From contig JBKAGE010000073.1 of the NCBI GenBank assembly GCA_046290225.1, forward strand, positions 20,992 through 84,991: a DNA stretch of 64,000 nt. The letters are read 5' to 3'. Positions 10,131 through 19,838 of this stretch are shown here, one piece after another. The position numbers and the translations under genes were made by a program. Under the pieces are notes generated by a model. The model saw only the letters and a list, made by a program, of their open reading frames with translations. It was not told where the DNA came from and searched no databases. How positions within the stretch are numbered: the first letter of the stretch is position 1; each line of letters starts with the position of its first letter. The DNA is from Bradymonadia bacterium. GTDB taxonomy: Bacteria > Myxococcota_A > Bradymonadia > UBA7976 > UBA1532.

Positions 10131-10536
10131 GGTCCGAGCTGAGCTCAGGGCTGCCACAGTTCGGCCCGCCCATCCTGCCCTTCATATCTCAACCCCAAAG
10201 AGCTGATGTTGTGTGGTGCCATGCCGGATGGCGCTGTGGAAGTCAGGGCATATGCCATTTTGAGGTGTTGATGTACTAAGTTAATTGTTTGCGTGTCTAA
10301 TGGCTGGGGTTTATATGTTCGCGGCGCCAGAGATGAGGTGAATCACACTTGTTTGTCGAGTGGTTGGCTGAATCTGTCTGATTTTATAGGCTTTTTTTGG
10401 GGGTGGGTTGTTTGCGTTTTCGGGCGTCAAATAGAGGGGCAGTTCTGCCGATGTGTAGTCATAGGTAAAAGTCCAATTGCGTCGAGACGGGTGGTCGTTG
10501 CAGTCACCCGATCGCGTCAGGGATAGAGGGAAGTCG

Positions 10537-12946
10537 ATGAAACTCAAGATCAGCTTCAAGTTGTTGCTGGCGCTGGTGTTGGTGCAGGGGGTCGTGGCCT
10601 TCATTTGCACAACGATCATCACCGATGATTTGCAGCAGAACACCGAGAAGGCGTTGGAAGAGTATCGCGCCGAGGAGATGCAGAAGATCCGTCAGCAGCT
10701 GAAGGATCATGTCGACATCGCCTATACCGTGATCGAGTCCACTCACAAACAGGCCACCGACATCGAGTGGATCAAGAAGCAGTACGGCAAGCGCTTGCAG
10801 ACGGCCACTGAGGTGGCCTACAGCGAGATCAAGACTGCCCTGGAGCTCGAAGCTTCAGGTCAGCTGACTCGAGAAGAAGCCCAAGCACGGGCCAAGGATG
10901 CTGTACGGGCGGTGCAGTACGACAACGGCACGGGCTACTTCTGGATCAACGACACGTCTCTGCCCTACCCGAAGATGGTGATGCACCCCAAGGTGCCCAA
11001 ACTCGACGGCAAGGTGCTCGATGCCGAGAAGTTCAACTGCGCTCTGGGCAAGAAACAGAACCTCTTCCAGGCCTTCGTCGAGGTGACCAATGCCAGCGAG
11101 ACCCACGATGGCTTCGTGGACTACATGTGGCCCAAGCCGACGAAAGACGGTCTCACCGCTGACCAGCCCAAGCTCTCGTACGTCAAGCAGATCCCCGAGT
11201 GGGGCTGGGTCATCGGCACGGGCATCTACGTGGATGACGCCCTCGCCGACGGCATCCAGCGCATCAAAGATGAAGTGGCCAAGATGCGCTACAGCAATGG
11301 CGTAGGTTACTTCTGGATCAACGACACCTCTCTGCCCTACCCGAAGATGGTGATGCACCCCACGGTGCCCAAGCTCGACGGCAAGGTGCTCGACGCTGAG
11401 AAGTTCAACTGCGCTCTGGGCAAGAAACAGAACCTCTTCCAGGCCTTTGTCGAGGTCACGGGAGCCGACGAGGACGGCGAAGGCTTCGTGGACTATCTCT
11501 GGCCCAAGCCCACCAAGGAAGGCCTCACCAAAGAGCAGCCCAAGCTGTCGTACGTGCGGCGGTACGAGCCCCTGGGCTGGATCATCGGTACTGGGGTCTA
11601 CGTCGACGACATCGATGCTGCCGTGGCTGCTCAAACCGAGAAGAAGTCTGGGGAGCTCAATGGCATCGTCGGTGAGATGCTCAATGCGTTCCTCTACACC
11701 ACCCTCGGGGCGCTGGTGCTGCTGTGGCTCGCCATGCAGCTGCTCGTGAGCCGGCCCCTCAAGCACCTCTCGCGCTCCATGCGCGACATCGCCGAAGGGG
11801 AGGGGGATCTCACCGTCCGCCTGAACCTGCGTCGAGGCGACGAGATCGGTGACGTGGCCTGCGCCTTTGACACCTTCGTAGGCAAGCTACACAGCATGGT
11901 TCAAGAGGTGACGTCGCTCTCTGGTGACATCTCGAACACCTCCAGCAGGCTGTCCTCGAGCTCGAGCACGCTCAAGCGCGAGGCCCAGGACATGGAGGAG
12001 CGCACTGGTGAGATCAAGACGGTGATGGAGCTGATGATGACCTCGTTGGACGAGACGTCGACCTCGGCGAACGAGATCTCCCATTCAGTGGAGCAAGTGA
12101 CAGGCTTCACCGAGCGCAGCGCCGACGACATGCAGAACATCTCGGTGCGGGCATCGGCGATGTCCGACACGGTGAACGCCATGGCGGTGTCGGTGGAGCA
12201 GATGAACGCGTCGCTCTCGTCAGTGAACCAGAACTGCGCCCGGACGGCCGAGGCGAGCGAGCACGGCGACGAGCAAGCCCGCACGGCTCAGGCGAGCATG
12301 GAGCATCTGACCACGGCGGCCATGAAGATCGGCGAGGTGGTGGGTCTCATCGAGGCCATCGCCGGGAAGACGAACTTGCTGGCTCTGAACGCCACCATCG
12401 AGGCCGCCCGGGCCGGCGAGGCGGGCAAGGGCTTCGCCGTCGTCGCCGACGAGGTGAAGAGCCTGGCCAGCCAGACTGCAGAGGCCACCGAGCACATCAC
12501 CCGCGAGGTGAACGGCATGCAGGGCAACGTGCAGAACACGGCGACGGGCCTCTCGGATCTGGTGAGTCAGATCGGCAACGTGAGAGATCTGTCCTCGCAG
12601 ATCTCCGTGGAGACCCGCGAGCAGGCGCAGACGCTGAGCAGCGTGCTCCACAACATCCAGTCGGGTGTGTCGGCCTCGAACGAGATCAGCGGTACGGTGA
12701 AGACTGTGGCGGAGCAGGTGACCGAGCTGGCCCGCTCTGCCCGAGGTATGTCCGACAAGGTGAAATCCATCGCCGAGGTGACGGTCTTCACTACGGAATC
12801 TGTGGGTGAAGTGAACGAGCGGATCCTCGTGGTGGACCGCGGTCCACCAGACCAACACCGAGGTCGAGATGGTGAACAATGAGGCGCAGGCCCTTGAGGC
12901 GCGCGCTCAGCGTCTCGCGGAGCTCATGAGTCAGTTTCAGGTTTGA
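10537..12946 (+). CDS. Methyl-accepting chemotaxis protein (two sCache domains, HAMP); frameshift near 12840
   Basis: Two TM segments, two YFWIND...MVMHP...WGWxIGTG Cache domains, HAMP, and the signalling motif IAGKTNLLALNATIEAARAGEAGKGFAVVADEVKSLA. The typical C-terminal helix (...LAELMSQFQV*) lies in another frame ending at 12946. The annotated frame stops at 12882. Confidence 0.9.
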
Positions 12947-14000
12947 GCGACTCGCCGATCTGCAAGATGCCCAGACGCTCTGCCCGCTGACGCCAGCGCT
13001 CCCGAGCGAGGGCTTGCATATCCTGCACGTTGTCGACCTCGTCGACGATCTCCATGCCCAGCAGTGTCTCCACGAGATCTTCGAGGGTGATGATGCCCTC
13101 GACCCCCCCGTACTGATCAACGGCGACGGCCACCTGCTCTCTGATTTTGAGCAGGTGCTGGAAGACATCCCACAGGCGGGCGTCTTCGTCGACGAGATGA
13201 ATCGAACGCTTCAATTCAGTGACGGCGGTATCGTGTTCGTCTTTGGCTGCGGCGAGCAGCAAATCGGTCTTGAGCACATAGCCCTGAATGTCGTCAGGTC
13301 GATCGCCGAGGATGGGCAAACGGGTGAACCGCAAATCGGGATGCTCGGTGAGGATCTCGCCGACGCTCTGTGAGGCGCGGACGCTGATCATGACGGTGCG
13401 AGGGGTCATGGCGTCCCTGACCTTGAGGGTACCGAACTTGAGCAGGTTCTTGAGGGTCTTGGACTCGGCCTCGTCGATCAGGCCCTGCTGACGCCCCACA
13501 TCGGCAAGGGCTTCGAACTCTTCCCGGCTCATGTGCCCGTGACCTTCGCCCTTGGCGATGGCCTTGGTGATGATCTCGGACATCTTCACCAGGGGCCACG
13601 TGATCCAGATGACACCGGCGAGCATGGGGGCGATCTTGGGGGCGAGCCCTCGCCAGTACACAGCGCCGATGGTTTTGGGGATGATCTCGGAGACGACGAG
13701 GATCAACAAGGTGAGCACGGCGGAGGACACCGCGATCCAGGTCTCTCCAAAGACGACCTGGGCCTGGGCGCCGGCCCCTGCTGCACCCACGGTGTGGGCC
13801 ACGGTGTTGAGGCTGAGGATGGCGGCGAGGGGCCGATCGACGTCGGTCTTGAAGGCCTTGAGCCGTGGAGCCGCGGGGTTGTTCTCACCTTCGAGGGCAG
13901 TGATGTACGGCCCCGTGAGGCTGAGCAGCACGGCTTCCATCACCGAGCACATGAACGAGACGCCCAAGGCCAGCATTACGTAGAAAATCAGCAGGCCCAA
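12924..14000 (-). CDS. CNNM (DUF21)/CBS domain protein
   Basis: SFMCSVMEAVLLS, AILSLNTVAHTVG, SEIIPKTIG, MTPRTVM, GIITLEDLVETLLG. Confidence 0.93.
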   Translation of the reverse strand: MGLLIFYVMLALGVSFMCSVMEAVLLSLTGPYITALEGENNPAAPRLKAFKTDVDRPLAAILSLNTVAHTVGAAGAGAQAQVVFGETWIAVSSAVLTLLILVVSEIIPKTIGAVYWRGLAPKIAPMLAGVIWITWPLVKMSEIITKAIAKGEGHGHMSREEFEALADVGRQQGLIDEAESKTLKNLLKFGTLKVRDAMTPRTVMISVRASQSVGEILTEHPDLRFTRLPILGDRPDDIQGYVLKTDLLLAAAKDEHDTAVTELKRSIHLVDEDARLWDVFQHLLKIREQVAVAVDQYGGVEGIITLEDLVETLLGMEIVDEVDNVQDMQALARERWRQRAERLGILQIGESLKPETDS

Positions 14001-14012
14001 TGGGGCGCCTCC

Positions 14013-14660
14013 TCAGTCGTTTCGTTCGATGTTTGAGGCCGGCAGTATACCTGACCCTTGGGGGATGATCGCCCTCTCCTGCAGCAAGGCCAGGGCTTTC
14101 TCCACGGCATCAGCAACGCTCACATGGCCCATGTCGATGACCAGGTCGGCATCGGTGGGTGCCTCATAGGGGGCGCTGATGCCGGTAAATCGTTGGAGTT
14201 CGCCGGCCCGAGCCTTGCGGTACAGCCCCTTGGGATCGCGGGCTTCGCATACGTCGAGTGTGGTGCTGACATAGATCTCGGCGAAGCGTGCGTTGAGAGG
14301 TGGGGCGTCGAAGAGCGCCCTCACTGCAGCTCGATCTCGTGCGTAAGGTGAGATGAACGAGCCGATGGAGACGAGACCCGACTGGGCCATGAGAGCCATC
14401 ACGTGGCCGGCCCTGCGAATGTTCTCCTGACGATCTTCGGGGGTGAAGCCGAGATCTCCGCACAGACCATAGCGCAGATTGTCGCCGTCGAGCACGAAGG
14501 CTGGCCGGCCACTGTGTACGAGCCGGCGTTCAAGGGCCATGGCCAGGGTGCTCTTGCCCGAGGCGGAGAGGCCGGTGATCCACAGGCCGCCCCCATTTTG
14601 CTGCACGAGCTGTTGCCGTGCCTCAGGCGAGACTTTCGATGTGTGTCGGGTGATGGTCAT
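14013..14660 (-). CDS. cysC: Adenylyl-sulfate kinase
   Basis: WITGLSASGKST, LDGDNLR, DRQENIRR, RDPKGLY, FTGISAPYEAP. Confidence 0.95.
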   Translation of the reverse strand: MTITRHTSKVSPEARQQLVQQNGGGLWITGLSASGKSTLAMALERRLVHSGRPAFVLDGDNLRYGLCGDLGFTPEDRQENIRRAGHVMALMAQSGLVSIGSFISPYARDRAAVRALFDAPPLNARFAEIYVSTTLDVCEARDPKGLYRKARAGELQRFTGISAPYEAPTDADLVIDMGHVSVADAVEKALALLQERAIIPQGSGILPASNIERND

Positions 14661-15970
14661 GTGCCGCTGATTTGACGCCAGATGTCGTGGGCTCGATCGA
14701 GGAATGGGGTGTCGTCTGCTTGTGGATCACCGTGGAGTACGGCTCTGAAGCTGGCCATGAAGGGATGCTTCTGGCCATGAGCCCGGCGAATGTAGTCTAC
14801 CAGGGCAGACCACACCCCTGCCTGGTCAGCTTTCAGATAGCACCGCCGCGCGTCGCGCAGATGATCGACGGCGGCGTCGTACCAGGCGCTTCGATCGGCG
14901 TCGAGTATCCGCAACGCCAGGGCGCGATAGATGAGGGCTGCTGCAGAGGGGTGCTCGGGGCTCAGGGCCACTGCGACGGGCTCGGTGACGTGGTGGCTGA
15001 GCCGCGCGATGACGTCGGGCCCGGCCTCGACGACGGCTGCGGCGAGGGCGTCGAGGGCTTCAGCATGCAAGCCAATCTCGATGAAGACGCCCAGATCGTC
15101 TCGGCGGGCTCGGGTGAGCGCTCGACGTCGCCATCGCCGTCGCTCTTCCACGGGCAAGCTGCTCATGAGGGCGACATAGAGGTCAAGGGTGGGTTGATGA
15201 TCGTAGTCGCCCCAGATGATGTCGACGGCTTCAGACCACCGACCCAGGTCGATCAACGTGACGCGTTGCAGCGTCTTGAGCACACCGTGAGTGGGGCTCG
15301 AAGCGCTCAGGGTCTGCTGAGCAAGTGCGAGGCCCTCATCGACCCACTGAAGCGCCACACGCAAATCACCACCCTCTCGGTGCAAGCGGGCGAGGTGGGC
15401 GCAGTCGTCGCTGGTGATGCCCAGGCGCCGCGCGAGGGCGGCGTAGGCCAGGGCGTCGCCCCGACGCAGGTGGATCAGGAGCAGGGTCTCGGCAGCAGCC
15501 CAGTGCGGTCCGATGCGCAAAGGCCGCGGCGTGCCCTCGACGATGGGGGGCGCGATGGCAAGCTGTTGATGCATGCGCTGTTGCAAAGCGTCGAGGCCGG
15601 CCTCGTCGAAGGCAGGCAGCAAGTGCCGTGTGAGTTGCAACGTGAAGTCAGCGATGGGGCCACTCTGCCACCGGCCGATGATGGCGAGGGTGTCTTCCGC
15701 CAGCGCCCCAAGCCGCTGTCGAGCATAGAGCCACTGCTCGAACAACCCGAGCAAACCGTCTATGTGCTGGGCGCCAGTGTCTGGTCGAGCCTGCACCTGC
15801 AGCGCCACGGCGCCAATGGCGGTCTCGTAGGTCTGTTGCGCGGTCTGATCACCGACATGCTCAGGCAGGGCGCTCAGTTGCTCGAGGAGCTCGGGCCACG
15901 CCAGAGGCGCGTCGCCTTGAAGCTGCCCCTGCAGGGCACGGAGCAGGGCGCTCGGTGAGGTGTGCATCAT
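14657..15970 (-). CDS. Alpha-helical protein resembling the C-terminal part of SWIM-finger family proteins (DUF6880-like)
   Basis: Motifs ALQWVDEGL, PTLDLY and HPSAAALIYRALALRIL...YDAAVDHL...HGQKHPFM. No CxC-xn-CxH SWIM motif is present. Confidence 0.5.
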   Translation of the reverse strand: MMHTSPSALLRALQGQLQGDAPLAWPELLEQLSALPEHVGDQTAQQTYETAIGAVALQVQARPDTGAQHIDGLLGLFEQWLYARQRLGALAEDTLAIIGRWQSGPIADFTLQLTRHLLPAFDEAGLDALQQRMHQQLAIAPPIVEGTPRPLRIGPHWAAAETLLLIHLRRGDALAYAALARRLGITSDDCAHLARLHREGGDLRVALQWVDEGLALAQQTLSASSPTHGVLKTLQRVTLIDLGRWSEAVDIIWGDYDHQPTLDLYVALMSSLPVEERRRWRRRALTRARRDDLGVFIEIGLHAEALDALAAAVVEAGPDVIARLSHHVTEPVAVALSPEHPSAAALIYRALALRILDADRSAWYDAAVDHLRDARRCYLKADQAGVWSALVDYIRRAHGQKHPFMASFRAVLHGDPQADDTPFLDRAHDIWRQISGT

Positions 15971-16079
15971 GTGGGGACCCTACCACTGCCCTGCATATGT
16001 TAGAAGCTCGGCCCATCAGCGGTACCGCAGGCCCCGAACCCTGCGTTTAAACGAGGCCCGCTGGGAAGATCGGAGCACG

Positions 16080-16811
16080 ATGAGCCTTCCTGTCGATCTG
16101 TGGGTGCTGGCCCTGGGCTTTGTCTGGACGATCTTCGCGTCTGCGGTGCAGGGCACGATCGGCTTTGGGTTCGCGGTGGTCTCGGTGCCCGTGCTGTCTC
16201 TGGTCGATCCGTCGCTGGCCCCGGTGCCTCAGCTGCTGGTGACGATGCCTCTTGCGCTGTCGATGGTCTGGCGCGAGCGACACGCCATCGAGCTGTCGGG
16301 GGTGGGCTGGCTGCTGGCGGGGCGAATCCCCGGTGCCCTTGTGGGCCTGGCATTGCTGAAGCTTGCCAACGCTCGCACCCTCGACGTGTTGATCGCGCTG
16401 GTGGTGATGTCGGCGGTGGTGGTGATGTCCACGGGCCGAGGGATCCCCCGCAACCGCGTCACGGAGTTTCTCACGGGGGTGACGTCGGGGGCGATGGCCC
16501 TGGTGTCTAGCATCGGCGGTCCACCCATCGCGCTGTTGTACCGCAACGCACCGGGGGCGACGCTCCGTTCGAGCCTGGCGGCGGTGTTCTCGGTGGGGGT
16601 TCTCATCACCCTGGTGACCCGGGGGGCGGCAGGAGAAATTTCACGCTCTGATCTGGTGCTGGGTGCGTGTTTGCTGCCGGCGATGTTTCTCGGGTTGAAG
16701 GTGAGCAACAGCTTGAAGGGGCGAGTGGAAGGGACGCCTCTTCGGATTGGGATCCTCGTGGTGGCGTCGCTGGCGGCTCTGGGATTGCTGGTGCGGGCGC
16801 TCACTGCTTGA
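16080..16811 (+). CDS. TauE/SafE-family sulfite exporter / TSUP transporter
   Basis: VQGTIGFGFAVVSVP, SIGGPP, multiple TM helices. Confidence 0.88.
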   Translation: MSLPVDLWVLALGFVWTIFASAVQGTIGFGFAVVSVPVLSLVDPSLAPVPQLLVTMPLALSMVWRERHAIELSGVGWLLAGRIPGALVGLALLKLANARTLDVLIALVVMSAVVVMSTGRGIPRNRVTEFLTGVTSGAMALVSSIGGPPIALLYRNAPGATLRSSLAAVFSVGVLITLVTRGAAGEISRSDLVLGACLLPAMFLGLKVSNSLKGRVEGTPLRIGILVVASLAALGLLVRALTA

Positions 16812-16894
16812 GCGGTTGCTGGCGCTTCAGCTGTTGCAGTGGTGACCCCGCTTTAGAGAGGTTGTGCTCCAACTGGGAGGTGGTGGTCTCGCTT

Positions 16895-17222
16895 CGCTCG
16901 CAGAGAGAGTTTTTCGGGCACGGGCACGGGCACGGGCACGGGCACGAGTTGATTCGGGTGTTGACCCGTAGCCCTGCATGGCTCCGCTCGTGGGTGTGTG
17001 ATGGTGGAGGCTCTAATCAGCCCCATATGTCTCTCATTGGAGGTTCTGGCCTTCATACACCCCAAGACCTGAATTCTCAGGCCGCTCTGAAGCGCATCAA
17101 CTCAACCTCAATGATAACCGTCGTTTTGAGTCCTGGGTTGGCCACGGGTCCAAGGCTGAATCAACTCGTGCCCGTGCCCGTGCCCGTGCCCGTGCCCGTG
17201 CCCGAAAACTGACCTGCGAGCG
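16895..17222. repeat. Intergenic inverted-repeat element with (GGGCAC)n arms (MITE/REP-like)
   Basis: Left arm cgctcgcag..ttttc(gggcac)5gagttgattc at 16895-16955. Right arm gaatcaactc(gtgccc)6gaaaact..ctgcgagcg at 17158-17222. About 200 bp of lower-GC spacer lies between them. Confidence 0.8.
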
Positions 17223-17248
17223 CCAGCGAGTCATGCGAGCCCAAAACT

Positions 17249-19774
17249 CTACCGCCCCCATCGCACATTATGCTCAGCCTGCGGATCGAGAATCAGTGAC
17301 TTCCGGCGTCGGGCGCCCTCAGGCCGATGGAATGGCGCTGTGCGTCCGTTCCGGAACAGCTTCTCCGCTTCGGCTTCGGGGATCTCCACCCCCTCGTGCA
17401 CAAACCAGACGACGAAGCGACAGCCCTGCCGCCACTGATCACAACCCCAGCCTCGTTGTCCTTTGATGATCTCACCTTGCTGGCAAGATGGGCACTGAAT
17501 CGGCCCTGTGGGCTTCGCTGCCCGGGCCTTCTTCTTTGCTGGTTTTGTCGATGTCATGGGCTGCCCTGGAGGCGGCACCATGCCGGCGCTGGCCATCGCG
17601 GCGGTGTGGTTGGGTGCACCGCGGTTGGGCGTACTGCGCCCTGTGCTGTGACGCTGGCCGCGGCGGCTGTCGGCCCGTTGAGCGGCTGCGCGCTGGGGTC
17701 GCTGACCCTTCTTGCCACGGCCGCCTTCGGGCCGTGGGGGCCGACCTCGGCGGCCTTCTCGGATGACCTCGGGGGGCAGTTTGATCGGCGGCGCCGCCAG
17801 GGTGGCGCCGATGAGATCGCTCACGAAGGTGCGGATGTCTTTACGGAAGGGGGTAGGGGGCTCTCGACCTTCGGCGATGGCCTTGAGCTGGGTCTCCCAT
17901 TGAGCAGTGAGTTGAGGGCTCTTGAGGGCCTCGAAGGGGACCGCCTCGACGAGGGCCCGGCCTGCGGGCTCGGGCACCAGAACTTTGCCCTGGCGGCGCA
18001 TATAGTGACGCCTGAGCAGGGTCTCGATGATGGCTGCTCGGGTTGCTGGGGTGCCCAGGCCGCACTCCCTGAGCGCTGCCCGGAGATGGGCTTCTTCGAG
18101 AGAGCGGCCGGCGCGCTCCATGGAGCCGAGCAAGCTCGCCTCGGTGTATCGGGGGGGTGGCCGGGTCTCTTTCTCGTCATGGTGGGCTTCGAGAGTCTTG
18201 CAGGCGTCGCCATTCTGCACTGCTGGCAGAATGATGTCGTCGGGCTCCCCCGCCTTTGAGCCCTTGCCTTTGCCGGAGGCCTTGGCTGAAGCCTTGGCAG
18301 AACTGGCGCTGCCTGTTTTGCGCTTGCTCGGGGGTGGGTTGATGGCCTCGAAGCCTGCCTGCAACCGGACCTTGCCCTCGGCTTCGAGCCGGTGCCCGTT
18401 CACATGGGCCTCGATGGTGGTGCGGGCGTATATGGCAGGTGGGGAGAGGGCGCCGAGGAACTGCCGCACCACGAGATCGTAGACCCGGAGCTCATCTCTG
18501 CTGAGGGCCCTCGGGTTGGGGGTGACCGTGGTGGGCAGGATCGCAGGGTGATCGCCCACCTGGCTGTCGTCGACATATCGACGCCCGAGGGCAGGCCACC
18601 CTGCGGTGAGCAGATCCTGGGCGTAGGTGGTGAGTGGGCCTGTGCCCGACACGCCGGCGAGGGCCTTCACCACACCTGGGATGCCCGCGGCGTCGCTTCG
18701 GGTGATGTGCCGGGCGTCGGTCCGCGGGTAGGTGATGAGCTTGTGCTTCTCGTAGAGCGCCTGCGCGGCCTTGAGCGTCTGATCAGCGGTGAGGCCGTAG
18801 CGGCGGTTGGCGAGCTGCTGCAGGCTGGTGAGATGGTGAAACTGGGGTGGCCTGATCTCCTGTTTGCGCTGATCGACCTTCACCACCTCGCCCTGCTGTT
18901 CGAGCAGCTCGGCGACGATTTGGTCCGCCTCGGCTTTCTTCCAGATACGGCCCTTTGGAGGCGGCTTGCCCTTCGAGCCCTTCGCCGAGCCGGTGGGTGG
19001 CGCCTTCGACGAAGAGCCCTCTACGCGCTTCTCGCCCACGCGGCCAATCCATTGGGCCTTCCAGTCTCCGATGCGCTCTGGTGCCGAGTCGGCGCCCTTG
19101 AGCCGGGTCGCTTCGAGCTGGGCGTAGACTTCCCAGTAGGCCTCAGGAGTGAAGGCTTCGATCTCAAGCTCGCGGTGCACCACCATGGCCAGGGTGGGGG
19201 TCTGCACTCGACCCACGGACATCAGGGTGCCTGCCCGTGAGGTGAGCCCCCGAGTGGCGTTCATGCCCACGAGCCAGTCCGCCTCGGCACGGCACCGGGC
19301 AGCGGCGCCGAGGGCATCGTAATCACTGCCGGGCTTGAGGGCGGCGAGGCCCGCTTTGATGGCCCCTGGTGTCAGCGAAGAGACCCAGAAGCGCTGAACG
19401 GGTTTGTCACAGCGGGCATATTCGTACACATAACGAAAGATCAGCTCACCCTCGCGGCCGGCGTCACAGGCGTTGATGATCTCACCGACGTTGCGGTGGT
19501 TCATCAGCTTGCATAGGGCGTCGAGGTGACTCTTGGTGCGCTTTTGGGCTTTGAGATGCAGCCGGCGGGGCAACATGGGCAGCAGGGATGGGTCCCAGCG
19601 TTTCCATTGGGGATTGTGCTCGTCGGGGGCTGCGGGCTCTACAAGGTGGCCAATGCACCAGGCCACCCACACCCCGTTGCCCTCGATGTACCCCTTTCGC
19701 TGAGTCTTTGCCCCCACTGCCCGAGCGATGTCTCGAGCCACAGAAGGCTTCTCGGCGATGAAGAGGCGGATCAT
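17249..19774 (-). CDS. topB: DNA topoisomerase III
   Basis: IAEKPSVA, NACDAGREGELIF, DWLVGMNATR, SVGRVQTPTL, ITYPRTD, GLGTPATRA, C-terminal zinc ribbon. Confidence 0.95.
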   Translation of the reverse strand: MIRLFIAEKPSVARDIARAVGAKTQRKGYIEGNGVWVAWCIGHLVEPAAPDEHNPQWKRWDPSLLPMLPRRLHLKAQKRTKSHLDALCKLMNHRNVGEIINACDAGREGELIFRYVYEYARCDKPVQRFWVSSLTPGAIKAGLAALKPGSDYDALGAAARCRAEADWLVGMNATRGLTSRAGTLMSVGRVQTPTLAMVVHRELEIEAFTPEAYWEVYAQLEATRLKGADSAPERIGDWKAQWIGRVGEKRVEGSSSKAPPTGSAKGSKGKPPPKGRIWKKAEADQIVAELLEQQGEVVKVDQRKQEIRPPQFHHLTSLQQLANRRYGLTADQTLKAAQALYEKHKLITYPRTDARHITRSDAAGIPGVVKALAGVSGTGPLTTYAQDLLTAGWPALGRRYVDDSQVGDHPAILPTTVTPNPRALSRDELRVYDLVVRQFLGALSPPAIYARTTIEAHVNGHRLEAEGKVRLQAGFEAINPPPSKRKTGSASSAKASAKASGKGKGSKAGEPDDIILPAVQNGDACKTLEAHHDEKETRPPPRYTEASLLGSMERAGRSLEEAHLRAALRECGLGTPATRAAIIETLLRRHYMRRQGKVLVPEPAGRALVEAVPFEALKSPQLTAQWETQLKAIAEGREPPTPFRKDIRTFVSDLIGATLAAPPIKLPPEVIREGRRGRPPRPEGGRGKKGQRPQRAAAQRADSRRGQRHSTGRSTPNRGAPNHTAAMASAGMVPPPGQPMTSTKPAKKKARAAKPTGPIQCPSCQQGEIIKGQRGWGCDQWRQGCRFVVWFVHEGVEIPEAEAEKLFRNGRTAPFHRPEGARRRKSLILDPQAEHNVRWGR

Positions 19775-19838
19775 GAAACAGCTCCAGGTGACCTCTGTGT
19801 TTTAACTGAACATTGATCCAGTATCAAGTCTGGCCCCT

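Noticed and set aside
10130..10536. c-di-GMP riboswitch or other structured leader before the MCP
   Set aside because: A hairpin is possible near 10485-10520, but the GEMM consensus elements are not evident. An Rfam scan would be needed.
14013..16811. Dedicated sulfur-assimilation cluster (cysC + tauE)
   Set aside because: The genes are divergent and separated by an unrelated gene, and cysD, cysN and cysH are absent.
16667..17212. ORFs containing GHGHGH / VPVPVP
   Set aside because: These are translations of the GGGCAC hexamer repeat arms, with no coding-like content.
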